From Myxococcota bacterium (GTDB lineage: Bacteria > Myxococcota_A > UBA796 > GCA-2862545), in NCBI GenBank assembly GCA_039208735.1, contig JBCCQY010000009.1, forward strand, positions 1-64,000: a stretch of 64,000 nucleotides of DNA, in the 5' to 3' direction. Below are positions 28,589 through 37,271 of this stretch, piece after piece. The notes beneath the pieces are model-generated. The model was given only the letters and a program-made list of their open reading frames with translations. It did not search any database and had not been told where the DNA came from. The first letter of the stretch is position 1, and every line of letters starts with the position of its first letter. Position numbers and translations under genes: made by a program.

Positions 28589-29578
28589 TCAGAGTCGGAA
28601 CGCGGCGATGGCGAACGATAAGCCGCCGCCGCTGGCCACGAAGAAGACCAAGTCGCCCGGCTCGGGTTGACCAGACTGCACCAGATCGTCAAAGGCCATG
28701 GGAATGCACGCCGAGCCTGTGTAGCCGTAGCGGTCCATCACGGTGTGCGCGCGCTCTCGGGGGACCCCCAGTTGGTCCAGGGTCTCGCGGATGCTGTTGA
28801 TGTTGAGCTGGGTGAACACGTAATGATCGACGTCCATCGGGGTAATGCCGAGCGCTTCGCACTGTTCCCGGATCATGACATCCCAGGTCTGCGGGTTGAT
28901 CTCCTTGGGGAACTTGTGCACGAAACGGAGCTGGTGGGCACCTTCGGCCAGCACTTCCGCGTCGACCGGTCGGCGCGTGCCTCCGGCGTAGATGCCCATC
29001 CAGTCATGGTAGCGGCCCTCGGTGCGCAGTCGGCCGCCCAAGTGCCCCCGACCAGCCTCCTCACTGCCTCGCAGCAGGATCGCGCCCGCCCCATCTGCGA
29101 ACAGGGTCACCGTCTTTTTGTCCATGGGATCGAGATGACGTGACATCGTGTAGCCCCCGAGCACCAAGACGTTTTGGTACTGCGGGTCGACCGCGATGTA
29201 CTTCGCAGCCATGTCGAGGCCGATCACGAACGCCGAGCAGGCCGCGTTCACATCGAACGTGCCAGCGTTCGTGGCCTCGAGCCGATGCTGAACCACGGAT
29301 GCGGTCGAGGGCGACAGATAGTCGGGCGTGTCGGTGGCGAGCACGATGAGATCGAGGTCGGCCGCCGTGAGTCCTCCGCGCTCCAAGGCGACCTGGGCCG
29401 CGTGTACGCACAGGTCACTCGTCGCCTGGTCGGGTGCGGCCCAGTAGCGTTGGCGAATCGTGAGGTTTTGGACCAGCCAATCGTCAACGCCAGCCCCAAA
29501 TCGCTCATCGAAGAACGCGTTGGGAACCAGATGCTCAGGGTGGTAGGCGCCAGTCGCGGCGATGATGGCGTTGCGCAC
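28589..29578 (-). CDS. KAS III (FabH)-like protein with atypical catalytic residues
   Basis: AACSAF, LFADGAGA and GGGL; HQAN is replaced by TQLN and GNT by GYT. Confidence 0.9.
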   Translation of the reverse strand: MRNAIIAATGAYHPEHLVPNAFFDERFGAGVDDWLVQNLTIRQRYWAAPDQATSDLCVHAAQVALERGGLTAADLDLIVLATDTPDYLSPSTASVVQHRLEATNAGTFDVNAACSAFVIGLDMAAKYIAVDPQYQNVLVLGGYTMSRHLDPMDKKTVTLFADGAGAILLRGSEEAGRGHLGGRLRTEGRYHDWMGIYAGGTRRPVDAEVLAEGAHQLRFVHKFPKEINPQTWDVMIREQCEALGITPMDVDHYVFTQLNINSIRETLDQLGVPRERAHTVMDRYGYTGSACIPMAFDDLVQSGQPEPGDLVFFVASGGGLSFAIAAFRL

Positions 29579-29706
29579 GGGGTCCTCCCGGGTCCGGGGC
29601 TGCGGTCGCGGCCCAGCCCATGGTACCGGAGTAATGTGACGCCTGAATCACCTTTTGATAAAACCTGACTCACTCGTCAACTTTCGCCGCGATCGCTGGT
29701 GCGAAT

Positions 29707-30969
29707 CTACCCTGCGACCTTGGCTTCCAGCTCCTTGATGCGGGCCTGGGCGCGACGTAGCCGCTGCCGCATCTCTTTGACCTTGGCTTCCCGCTGTGCG
29801 AGGTCTTCGGTGGTCGGCAGTGCGGCGATCTGCGTTTTGAGTTCGCTGACTTGTGCGGTGGCTTGTTCGAGGTCGCGGCGTAGCGAGGTGCCTTGACCCT
29901 GGGCTTGCTCGAGTTTGGCCAGACGGTTGCGCGCCTCACGAAGCGCCGTTCGCGACCTGGTGAGTTCGGCCTGGGTTCGTTCTGCATTCGCCTGAGCCTG
30001 GGTCAGCTCGTCACGCAGCCGCTGCACGCGATTGCGGAGCCGGGTCAGTTCTTCGGCTGGATTCTGCGCTTCTAGCGCCTGGATGCGGGCCTGTGCCCGC
30101 TCGAGATCGCGGCACGCCTGGTCGTAGTCGGCCTGGAGCTTGGTGAGCTGGTTGCGCAACCGGGTGCGCGTGTTGGTCAGCTCACTCTGTGAGGCCGTTG
30201 CCGTAGCCTGGGCTTGGGAGAGCTGTTCGCGAAGACGCTGCACGCGGTTGCGGAGTCGGGCGACCTCGTCGGCGGAATTTTGGCCTTCGAGGGTTTGAAT
30301 ACGAGCCTGCGCCCGCTCGAGATCGAGGCACGCCTGGTCGTAATCGGCCTGAAGCTTGGCGAGCTGGTCGCGCAGCCGGGTGTTCTGCACTTCGAGGTCC
30401 CGGCTGGCGCGCTTGATCTGCTGGAGGCGGTCTTGGGTCCGAGCCAGCTGCCGAGCCACCTCGTCGGCGTGCTGTTGAGCGGCCACGGCGTCGGCCCGGA
30501 AGGTTTCTCGCTGGGCCTCCGCTTCGGCGAGTCGCTGACGGAGGTTTCGAGCACGGTTTCGGGCGCGTTCGAGATCGTCAAGCAGGGCCGGCGAGGCCCC
30601 CGCTGCGGCGTGCGCTGACTGCAACTCGGTTTCCAGGACTTGAACCCGTCGTTCGGCGCGCTGAAGGTCTTCGATTGAGGGGGCCTGGTTCAACGCCCGT
30701 TCGAGTTCGAGATTACGGCGGCGCAACCGTCGGAGTTCCTCGGGGCTGGCTGCCTGCGACAGCAGCTGCTGCTCTAGGTCTTCGGCCCGCGTGAGCGCTC
30801 GTTCGTATTCCCCGACGGTGGGGCGGCGCTGTAGTTGGGCGACTTGCCGTTCCAGTTCTGCAATGCGGGCTTGGTTGGGTCCTGGCGGGCTCGATGCCGC
30901 CTCGGGGACGGTGTGAACGCACCCCGCCAGGCCGAGCCCCAATCCGAACACCACCATCCAACGAGCCAT
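29707..30969 (-). CDS. Long coiled-coil lipoprotein
   Basis: GGAGG RBS, lipobox LAGC, Q/E/R/L/A heptads and a 72-aa internal duplication. Confidence 0.85.
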   Translation of the reverse strand: MARWMVVFGLGLGLAGCVHTVPEAASSPPGPNQARIAELERQVAQLQRRPTVGEYERALTRAEDLEQQLLSQAASPEELRRLRRRNLELERALNQAPSIEDLQRAERRVQVLETELQSAHAAAGASPALLDDLERARNRARNLRQRLAEAEAQRETFRADAVAAQQHADEVARQLARTQDRLQQIKRASRDLEVQNTRLRDQLAKLQADYDQACLDLERAQARIQTLEGQNSADEVARLRNRVQRLREQLSQAQATATASQSELTNTRTRLRNQLTKLQADYDQACRDLERAQARIQALEAQNPAEELTRLRNRVQRLRDELTQAQANAERTQAELTRSRTALREARNRLAKLEQAQGQGTSLRRDLEQATAQVSELKTQIAALPTTEDLAQREAKVKEMRQRLRRAQARIKELEAKVAG

Positions 30970-31110
30970 CCCGACCTCCATTGCGCGGTGGACGGTCGAC
31001 TGGGCGGGTCCATTCAACCACGCCCAACACCGGTGGTTCACGTCTTCAGAGCGGGGGTCCGTGGTAGGCTTTGCCAAAGCACCACGGGGTGTTCCGCGGT
31101 TTGATGCTTA

Positions 31111-31905
31111 CTACTGAAAGAAGAGCAGCTCGTACCCCAGGAAGGAGTAGAAACCGTCGGCGATACCTGGGTTCTGGAAGACCTCGTTGAGGAGGATGGG
31201 CACGGCCAAGTTTTCGTCATCCACCACAACGTTGCCGTCGGCGTCGGTGCGCGAGGCAAAGGTGGCGATGGCGTTGACGTTGGCGCCAGGCCAGCGGTCC
31301 GACAGCTGAACCACCCCGCCGATCACTTCGGCTTCCTCGTACTCAACGCCTGCCGCGTCTAGCCAATCGAAGGTGCCGCCAATGGGCTCCTCGACGATGA
31401 CGGCGAATTCAGCGGGCGACCCATCCCGGTTGGTGGTCATGAACTCGACGACCTCGCCATCGTAGAAGTCCCAGATGGGCTCGAACCCAGGCTGGTCGCA
31501 GCTGGTGGTCACGTTCTTCGTGTCGACCTCGAGCGTCACGCCCCAGAACTGGTCCTCTTCGAGGTCGGTGATGAGGCGTGCCCCGTCCGGTACGATGGGC
31601 ACGATCACCAAACAAGCGCTGCCCTGGACACCGTTGTATTGGTCGTCGCCGACCACGATTTGGATGGCCGACAAGCCCTCATCGCCATCGTCGAACCACG
31701 GTCCGGGGAGCCCAGTGGCCGCGTTGTAGCGGAATCCCGCCACGATCTGGACGCGCGACTCGCTGATGCCGCGCTCGAACACCGGACCGGTCCCTGAATC
31801 CGTGGGCTCGTCGGTCTCTTCGGTCGTCATGGTGGGGTCCGGATCGTCCCCTCCGCCCAACAGAAAACAGCCGGTGAGGGACATCCACAACAACGAACTC
31901 AGCAT
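31111..31905 (-). CDS. Acidic lipoprotein, hypothetical
   Basis: Lipobox LTGC followed by an acidic linker. Confidence 0.75.
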   Translation of the reverse strand: MLSSLLWMSLTGCFLLGGGDDPDPTMTTEETDEPTDSGTGPVFERGISESRVQIVAGFRYNAATGLPGPWFDDGDEGLSAIQIVVGDDQYNGVQGSACLVIVPIVPDGARLITDLEEDQFWGVTLEVDTKNVTTSCDQPGFEPIWDFYDGEVVEFMTTNRDGSPAEFAVIVEEPIGGTFDWLDAAGVEYEEAEVIGGVVQLSDRWPGANVNAIATFASRTDADGNVVVDDENLAVPILLNEVFQNPGIADGFYSFLGYELLFFQ

Positions 31906-32028
31906 GCGTGCTCCACAGGGTTCACCCGCCTTCGTGCACCTGCCGATGGGAGGTGCCAAAGGTCTGGCGGGGAGTGTACAACGCGTCGAGGCGGTCGGCC
32001 TCGACGAATCGTCAGCGGTTGGCGAAGA

Positions 32029-32270
32029 TCACGCCGACCGGAGGCGAGCCCACATCACAAAGAAGGAGAGGCCGCCGAAGAACAGGTTGGTGGGGAGCAT
32101 GAAAAGTTCACCATGAACTGCATGATCCACCGTCCCGACGAGCATGAACAAGGTGAGCCCGGCTGCGGCAATTCCCACTAAGCGCGGGGCATACCGGGTC
32201 AACGGTGGGAGCAGCAAGGCGACGGACGCGAGCAACTCAGCCACGGCAAGGAAGGCCACGAGACCCAGAC
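32029..32270 (-). pseudogene. C-terminal half of a DoxX-family membrane protein
   Basis: GLVAFLAVAELLA..LLLP...PRL..AAAGL..M....H..HGE...P.NL. The N-terminal DoxX helix is missing and the fragment overlaps the TIR ORF out of frame. Confidence 0.65.
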
Positions 32271-32768
32271 GCCAGCCACCACGGCCGGCGACCCCAAGCT
32301 CGGTGCGGCACGGGGTCCGAGGGTGCGACGAATCGAGCGGATCAAGTCCTCTACGTCGGCGTCGAACGTTGCGTGTTCGAGCTTGAGTCCGTGTCGCCTG
32401 GACAACGGAGCGAGTGAGGGCGGCAGTTCATCCTCTGAAGGCACCGAAACGCCCCCGATGAGCACGGGAATGACGAGCATGTTTCGCTCAAGCGCCGATT
32501 CGATTTCGAGCCGCACGAAGTCGTTGGGCTGCTCGATGCGGCGTGCGTCCTCGGGACCTGCCCAGCGAGGGCCGATCAACACGATGAGGACGTCGGCAGT
32601 GGACATGGCCTTGTCGATTCGCTCGGCGAAGTCGGTGCCGTAGTCGATGTCGTCGACGTCCATGAACACCGAAGCCGGCCCAAACCACTGGGCCAGCCGG
32701 TCGTAGAGCCGGCCCGCGGCGAACTCGGCATCTTCACGACGGTAGTTGAGGAAAATCCGGATGCCCAT
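32199..32768 (-). CDS. TIR domain protein, C-terminus probably truncated
   Basis: IFLNYRREDA, VFMDVDDI..G.DF, DFVRLEIESAL (catalytic Glu) and VIPVL. Confidence 0.88.
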   Translation of the reverse strand: MGIRIFLNYRREDAEFAAGRLYDRLAQWFGPASVFMDVDDIDYGTDFAERIDKAMSTADVLIVLIGPRWAGPEDARRIEQPNDFVRLEIESALERNMLVIPVLIGGVSVPSEDELPPSLAPLSRRHGLKLEHATFDADVEDLIRSIRRTLGPRAAPSLGSPAVVAGVWVSWPSLPWLSCSRPSPCCSHR

Positions 32769-32800
32769 CGCTTCGGTCCTTCGCGATGGGCATCATGCCA

Positions 32801-34114
32801 TTACGGCTGGCTAAGGTCGATGGTCTCGGTCGCCGTGGTACCGAAGTCCGTCTCATCGGCGCCCGTGAACTTGATCATGCTTCGCAGCAGGTTCGAGTGG
32901 GGGGTGCCCGAGGGGAAGTGCAGCGGTCGGCCTTGCACGACACCACCGGCTTCGCCGCCCACGAGCACGAACGGAACCGGCCATGCGGAGTGGTAGGACG
33001 GGTCGGTGAACTCCGAGTTCAACACCAGCAGGGTCTTCGAGAGCAGATCGTCGTCGTTTTCGCCCACCGGGATCTCGGCGAGGCGGTCGGCAAGGCCCGC
33101 GAATACCCCGACATGCCAACGCTGGATCGTCATGAGGTCTCGGATGGAGGGGCTCTGCCCGCCGGGCACGAATTCGTGCGACAGCGTGTGGTGATTGCCC
33201 GTGATGCCGAGGAAGGGGTAGGTGGCCTGGCCACTGGTGGGGCTCGAAAGGAAGGTGATGACCCGCGTGAGGTCACACTGAAGCGCCACCACCATCAGTT
33301 CGACAAAGGCTTGAATGCTGTTTTCAAGGTCGAGCTGACCGCCGGGGGCCTCGGGCACGGGACAGGTGTTTTCCTCGAGCTGATCGATGCGGCGCTCGAG
33401 TTCACGGACCGAGGTGGTGTACTGGTCGAGCTTGAGGCGGTCCGGCGCGTTCAGCTTGGTCTCGAGCGAAGAGACGCTGCTGAGCATGCCATCGAGCACG
33501 CTACGCTTGAGACGGGCCCGACGGTCGATCTGTTCTTGGGTCGCGCCAGGGTCGACGCCCGCGAACATTTGATCGAACAGCTGGCGTGGCTGCTCGATGG
33601 GGGGCAGCGGCGTGGTTTCTGACGCCCAAGACATACGGGTTGCGTAGACGTAGCCGTTCGGCGTGATGGGCTGGAACGGTGTGGAGATGGCGAGCTGCAT
33701 CGACGGAAACGGCGTGTCCTGACCGATCTGGGCTGCCGCCACCTGGTCACAGGAGATGCCGCAGTCGTAGGGCAGCGAGTTCATCCGTGACACTTCGACG
33801 TCGGTGAGCAGGCACGGCAAGGAGTACTCGTGGTCCTGGCTCCGGGCCATGGGGACCATGCGCAGGCCCGTGATCACAGAACCTCGGTCCTGCAGATGGG
33901 CCAGCGGGCTTAGGACCCCCCGCGGATCAGGGTTGTCCGGATCCTCATCGAGCCCGACGTTGAGCCCATTGGCGATCGTGTAGACGAGCAGCCGGTTGGG
34001 CTCCGTCCGCATGGCCGCGCGAGCTTTCGACGACCACATCGAGGGCAGGAAGGGCAGGGCCAAACTTGCACCAGCGGCCTGCAAGATACGACGACGATGG
34101 AGTCTTTGGCTCAC
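32801..34114 (-). CDS. DUF1552 family Tat-exported protein
   Basis: LHRRRIL..GASLALPFLPSM, S.DQVAA, SVLD, D..KLDQY..SVRELE and ALQCDLTRV. Confidence 0.9.
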   Translation of the reverse strand: MSQRLHRRRILQAAGASLALPFLPSMWSSKARAAMRTEPNRLLVYTIANGLNVGLDEDPDNPDPRGVLSPLAHLQDRGSVITGLRMVPMARSQDHEYSLPCLLTDVEVSRMNSLPYDCGISCDQVAAAQIGQDTPFPSMQLAISTPFQPITPNGYVYATRMSWASETTPLPPIEQPRQLFDQMFAGVDPGATQEQIDRRARLKRSVLDGMLSSVSSLETKLNAPDRLKLDQYTTSVRELERRIDQLEENTCPVPEAPGGQLDLENSIQAFVELMVVALQCDLTRVITFLSSPTSGQATYPFLGITGNHHTLSHEFVPGGQSPSIRDLMTIQRWHVGVFAGLADRLAEIPVGENDDDLLSKTLLVLNSEFTDPSYHSAWPVPFVLVGGEAGGVVQGRPLHFPSGTPHSNLLRSMIKFTGADETDFGTTATETIDLSQP

Positions 34115-36144
34115 TTGGCCTCCGGCGCGCTGCGATTGAGGAAGGGACGGCTCGTCACAATGGCCCGAGCCAGGGGCTTAAAGCGCAGTCCGCCTTCGAC
34201 GAACTGGCGGGTGATGTCGGCGAGGGCCTCTTCGTCTTCCTCGACCGGGGTGCGACCCATTGCGTAGCTGAACACCTTCTCGGCGAAGCATTCGGGCAGC
34301 CGGTCGTCGTTGGCCACGTATTCGGCCAGCTCGGCCATGCGCGACATCGTTTTGCCTTCAAAGACCGCTTCGGTGTCGATAGGGAAGCCCAGCTCATCTT
34401 CGCTGCGCACCATGCCGATGCCATCGAACTCGCCCGCGATGAACCCAATCGGGTCGAGGAACTGGTGGCAGCCTTGGCACGTGCCTGGCGAGCGTTGCGC
34501 TTCTTCCTGCTCGCGAACCGATGAACCCGGCTGGGGCTCAATGGGGGTGGTGTCGATGTCGTCAGGCGGTCCTGGAGGAGCTGAGCAAAGCAGGCGTTCC
34601 AACACCCAAAGGCCACGGGTTACCGTGTTGGGGCTGTCGGGATTCGAGGTGGCGGTCATCCATGCGGCCGACCCTAAGAAGCCGGGACGCGCGTTGGGAA
34701 CCGTGGTCCGAACCCAGCCATCATCGCCGCCCGGCCATTCCACGCGGTAGTGCGCGGCAAGCGTTTCGTTGACCCAGCGTTCTTCGCTGCGCAGCATGTC
34801 GGTGAAGGTGATGCGGTCGGCAAAGAAGTCTTGGGTGAGGAGGCGCAGCTCTTGGCTCATCGAGCTCCGAAGCGCTTCGTTGAACTCGGGGTAGACCACG
34901 ACCGACGGTTGAACCCGTTGAAGCAAGCGTAGATCAAGCCACTGGCCCGCGAAGTTGTTGATGAGGGCGTCGACCCGCACGTCGTCCAGCATGCGATCGG
35001 CCTCGGTCAACACGCCATCGTCGGTAGCCAGCGCGTCTTCGCTGGCGGCCACCAAGAGGTCATCGTCCGGAATGGTTGACCACAAGAAGAACGACAGGCG
35101 GGAGGCGAGCTCGTAGCTCGTGAGACGGCCGAAGAGGCCGCCGGGGTCTTGCTCAGCGCGGTACAGGAAGTTCGGGTTGAGCAGGATGACTTTAAAGGCA
35201 TGCTGCATCGCCTGGGTCCATTCCAGACCTTCAGCGTCCGCTGTTTCAAACGCGGCCTTCACAAAGGCCACATCCTCTTCGTCGAGTGCCCGGCGCCAGG
35301 CCCGGGTGGCGAACGATGAAAGGATGTCGTCGGTGCACGTCGCGCGCGTCTCCGGGGTGCAATCAAACAACTGCGAGTAGGCCACGGTGGGCCCTGTGCG
35401 CGGGCTCGTGGGCCCCTGAATCCAATAGAGGAGCCAGCCGACATCGGCTTCTTCAGGGTTGGTCAGTCGCCACACGAAGCGGTGGGGGCCAGGCTCGAGC
35501 GTCACTTCCGTGAACACTTCGGGGGGGGCGTCCGCGTTTGTCGAGGTGACCTCGATGGTGTCCACCACCATGCCGTCGACCAGCAATTCAACCATCGCGG
35601 GGGTCGAAGACAACGAATACAGACGGCTGTCGATAATAAAGTTGCCGTCGTACAATGTCGATTGGGTGACTTCGACCGAGCCTTCTTGAATAATGTAAGC
35701 CCGGTTGATCCGGTTTTGCACGTCGGGATCGGGCTCGTAGTAATAGTCGGGTGGCCCGTTGGGATCGACGTCTTGGTAGCCTTCGCCGAAGTAGGTGACC
35801 CCGGCGTCGGTGCCGTGAACCACGTCGTACTTCACCGTTTCTTCAAGGTCTCGACCGAAGTATTCGTCAAGCGCCGTATCGACCGCAATCTCGAGGCCGG
35901 CCAGGTGGGAGACGGTAACCGAGAGCGCATCGGCAATATTGTCGAGACCGTCGGTTGATTCATCCGTCGGAAGGGCCGAGGACGGCCTTGACTCGACGGT
36001 CGCAAGTAGATCGCGGAACGCATTGTCCAGTTCCGCGCGATTGAGACGATGGAGCGCCTTGGCCGGAACGGGCCCTGGCTCCTCTATGACTGGCCCTTCG
36101 TCTTTGGAGCCTGAACACGCGAGCACGAAACTCAAGAGCACCAT
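34111..36144 (-). CDS. DUF1592/DUF1588 family lipoprotein with a c-type heme motif
   Basis: LHRLNRAE, YELASRLSFFLWST.PD, FAGQWL, RG.WV...LC and CQGCH. Confidence 0.9.
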   Translation of the reverse strand: MVLLSFVLACSGSKDEGPVIEEPGPVPAKALHRLNRAELDNAFRDLLATVESRPSSALPTDESTDGLDNIADALSVTVSHLAGLEIAVDTALDEYFGRDLEETVKYDVVHGTDAGVTYFGEGYQDVDPNGPPDYYYEPDPDVQNRINRAYIIQEGSVEVTQSTLYDGNFIIDSRLYSLSSTPAMVELLVDGMVVDTIEVTSTNADAPPEVFTEVTLEPGPHRFVWRLTNPEEADVGWLLYWIQGPTSPRTGPTVAYSQLFDCTPETRATCTDDILSSFATRAWRRALDEEDVAFVKAAFETADAEGLEWTQAMQHAFKVILLNPNFLYRAEQDPGGLFGRLTSYELASRLSFFLWSTIPDDDLLVAASEDALATDDGVLTEADRMLDDVRVDALINNFAGQWLDLRLLQRVQPSVVVYPEFNEALRSSMSQELRLLTQDFFADRITFTDMLRSEERWVNETLAAHYRVEWPGGDDGWVRTTVPNARPGFLGSAAWMTATSNPDSPNTVTRGLWVLERLLCSAPPGPPDDIDTTPIEPQPGSSVREQEEAQRSPGTCQGCHQFLDPIGFIAGEFDGIGMVRSEDELGFPIDTEAVFEGKTMSRMAELAEYVANDDRLPECFAEKVFSYAMGRTPVEEDEEALADITRQFVEGGLRFKPLARAIVTSRPFLNRSAPEAK

Positions 36145-36342
36145 CACTCGACCTCCGTGCAACGCATTGAAACGAATGGGACCCTGACCTGCCAGGAAAT
36201 TCCGGTCAAGAAGCGGTGCGTAAGGGGGTTCCAGCCGTCGGAGGCCGAACCTCGGCCCGTGACAAGTGGGCCTACCATTTGAGGCAATTCTGTGCTTCCA
36301 TGGCAACAATGTTGTCCCCGAGGGGGGATCTTGGAGTGGCGG

Positions 36343-36909
36343 ATGTTGCTTTTGTGGGCGGGAATCCTGACGGCTGCGGCGGACCCAGGCTGGGTGATCG
36401 AGCCTTTGGCACCCGCAGCGGGGATCCGGCTGGCGCCGCAAGGCCAGGTCCAGTTTGACGTTTTGCTGCAGCCGCGATTCCGAAGGCAGACCAGTCGCTT
36501 CGAGGCCAACGGAACGGATGAATCTGTCGACACCACCGAACTCAACTTGGGCGGAGAGATTGCCGGTACCCTCCGCCTCGGTCTGCGCCCAACGCGGGGC
36601 CGGCCCACGCTGTCGTTAGGGGGAAGTGCGGGGTTGCGCCGAATCATTTTGTCTAGTGCGAGTGACCTTGTTGCGGCGCCGGATCCGTACACCACGTTCG
36701 ATGCCCGGGCCTGGGTGGGTGCGGGGGCGATTCATCCGATCACCAAGCGGTGGTCCGTAGGGTTCGACATCGAGTTGGCCGGTTTGGAATGGCGTAGTTC
36801 CAACCAGCTCCGCTCGAGTTCCGCCCTGACCGTGATCTCAAACCCAAGTCGCACCATCGACCTAAACCTGCTTTCAGGGGCGCATCTCTTTCTTTCCGTC
36901 CAACCCTGA
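36343..36909 (+). CDS. Secreted or outer-membrane beta-rich hypothetical protein
   Basis: GGAG RBS, signal peptide and amphipathic strands. Confidence 0.6.
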   Translation: MLLLWAGILTAAADPGWVIEPLAPAAGIRLAPQGQVQFDVLLQPRFRRQTSRFEANGTDESVDTTELNLGGEIAGTLRLGLRPTRGRPTLSLGGSAGLRRIILSSASDLVAAPDPYTTFDARAWVGAGAIHPITKRWSVGFDIELAGLEWRSSNQLRSSSALTVISNPSRTIDLNLLSGAHLFLSVQP

Positions 36910-36915
36910 CGAGAC

Positions 36916-37193
36916 CTACGCCAGCCCCAGCCCGTTGCGCTTCCGAGCGAAGCCCTCGGCGGTGCACAGCGTGTGGATGAAGGTTCCCGGGGCACGCTCA
37001 TACGAAAGAAGTCCCCCACTATCGTCGAAGACCACGATGTGGATGGGATCGTAGCCCTCTACGTGGTGGACGATCGCGGGACGGTTCGCCAATTCTTCAG
37101 CCGGATCGATGTTGCACGTTGCCTGTAGCGACCGGGGCAGTTTCGAATGGGGATCCAATCGCCACGTTGGAAAAGCTCATCGAACGTCGACAT
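36916..37193 (-). pseudogene. Frameshifted small hypothetical protein (WxPIxNCPGRY type)
   Basis: ATG at 37193 gives MSTFDELFQRGDWIPIRNCPGRY; the continuation GGLLSYE...FIHTL...GF.RK is in another frame. Confidence 0.6.
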
Positions 37194-37271
37194 GGTGAAT
37201 CCGTATCGTCGTTCGCTACCTGACCAGTCGGGGCGTCTCGACGGTTATGGACCCTGCCCAAGGGGATCCAA

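Noticed and set aside
35521..35528. G8 tracts here and at about 63832-63839 as phase-variation sites
   Set aside because: They are short, the ORFs stay in frame, and such tracts are expected at this GC content.
36150..37271. Cobalamin riboswitch associated with icmF
   Set aside because: A GACCTGCC near 36187 is not accompanied by the other B12-element motifs in order, and the icmF leader is too short.
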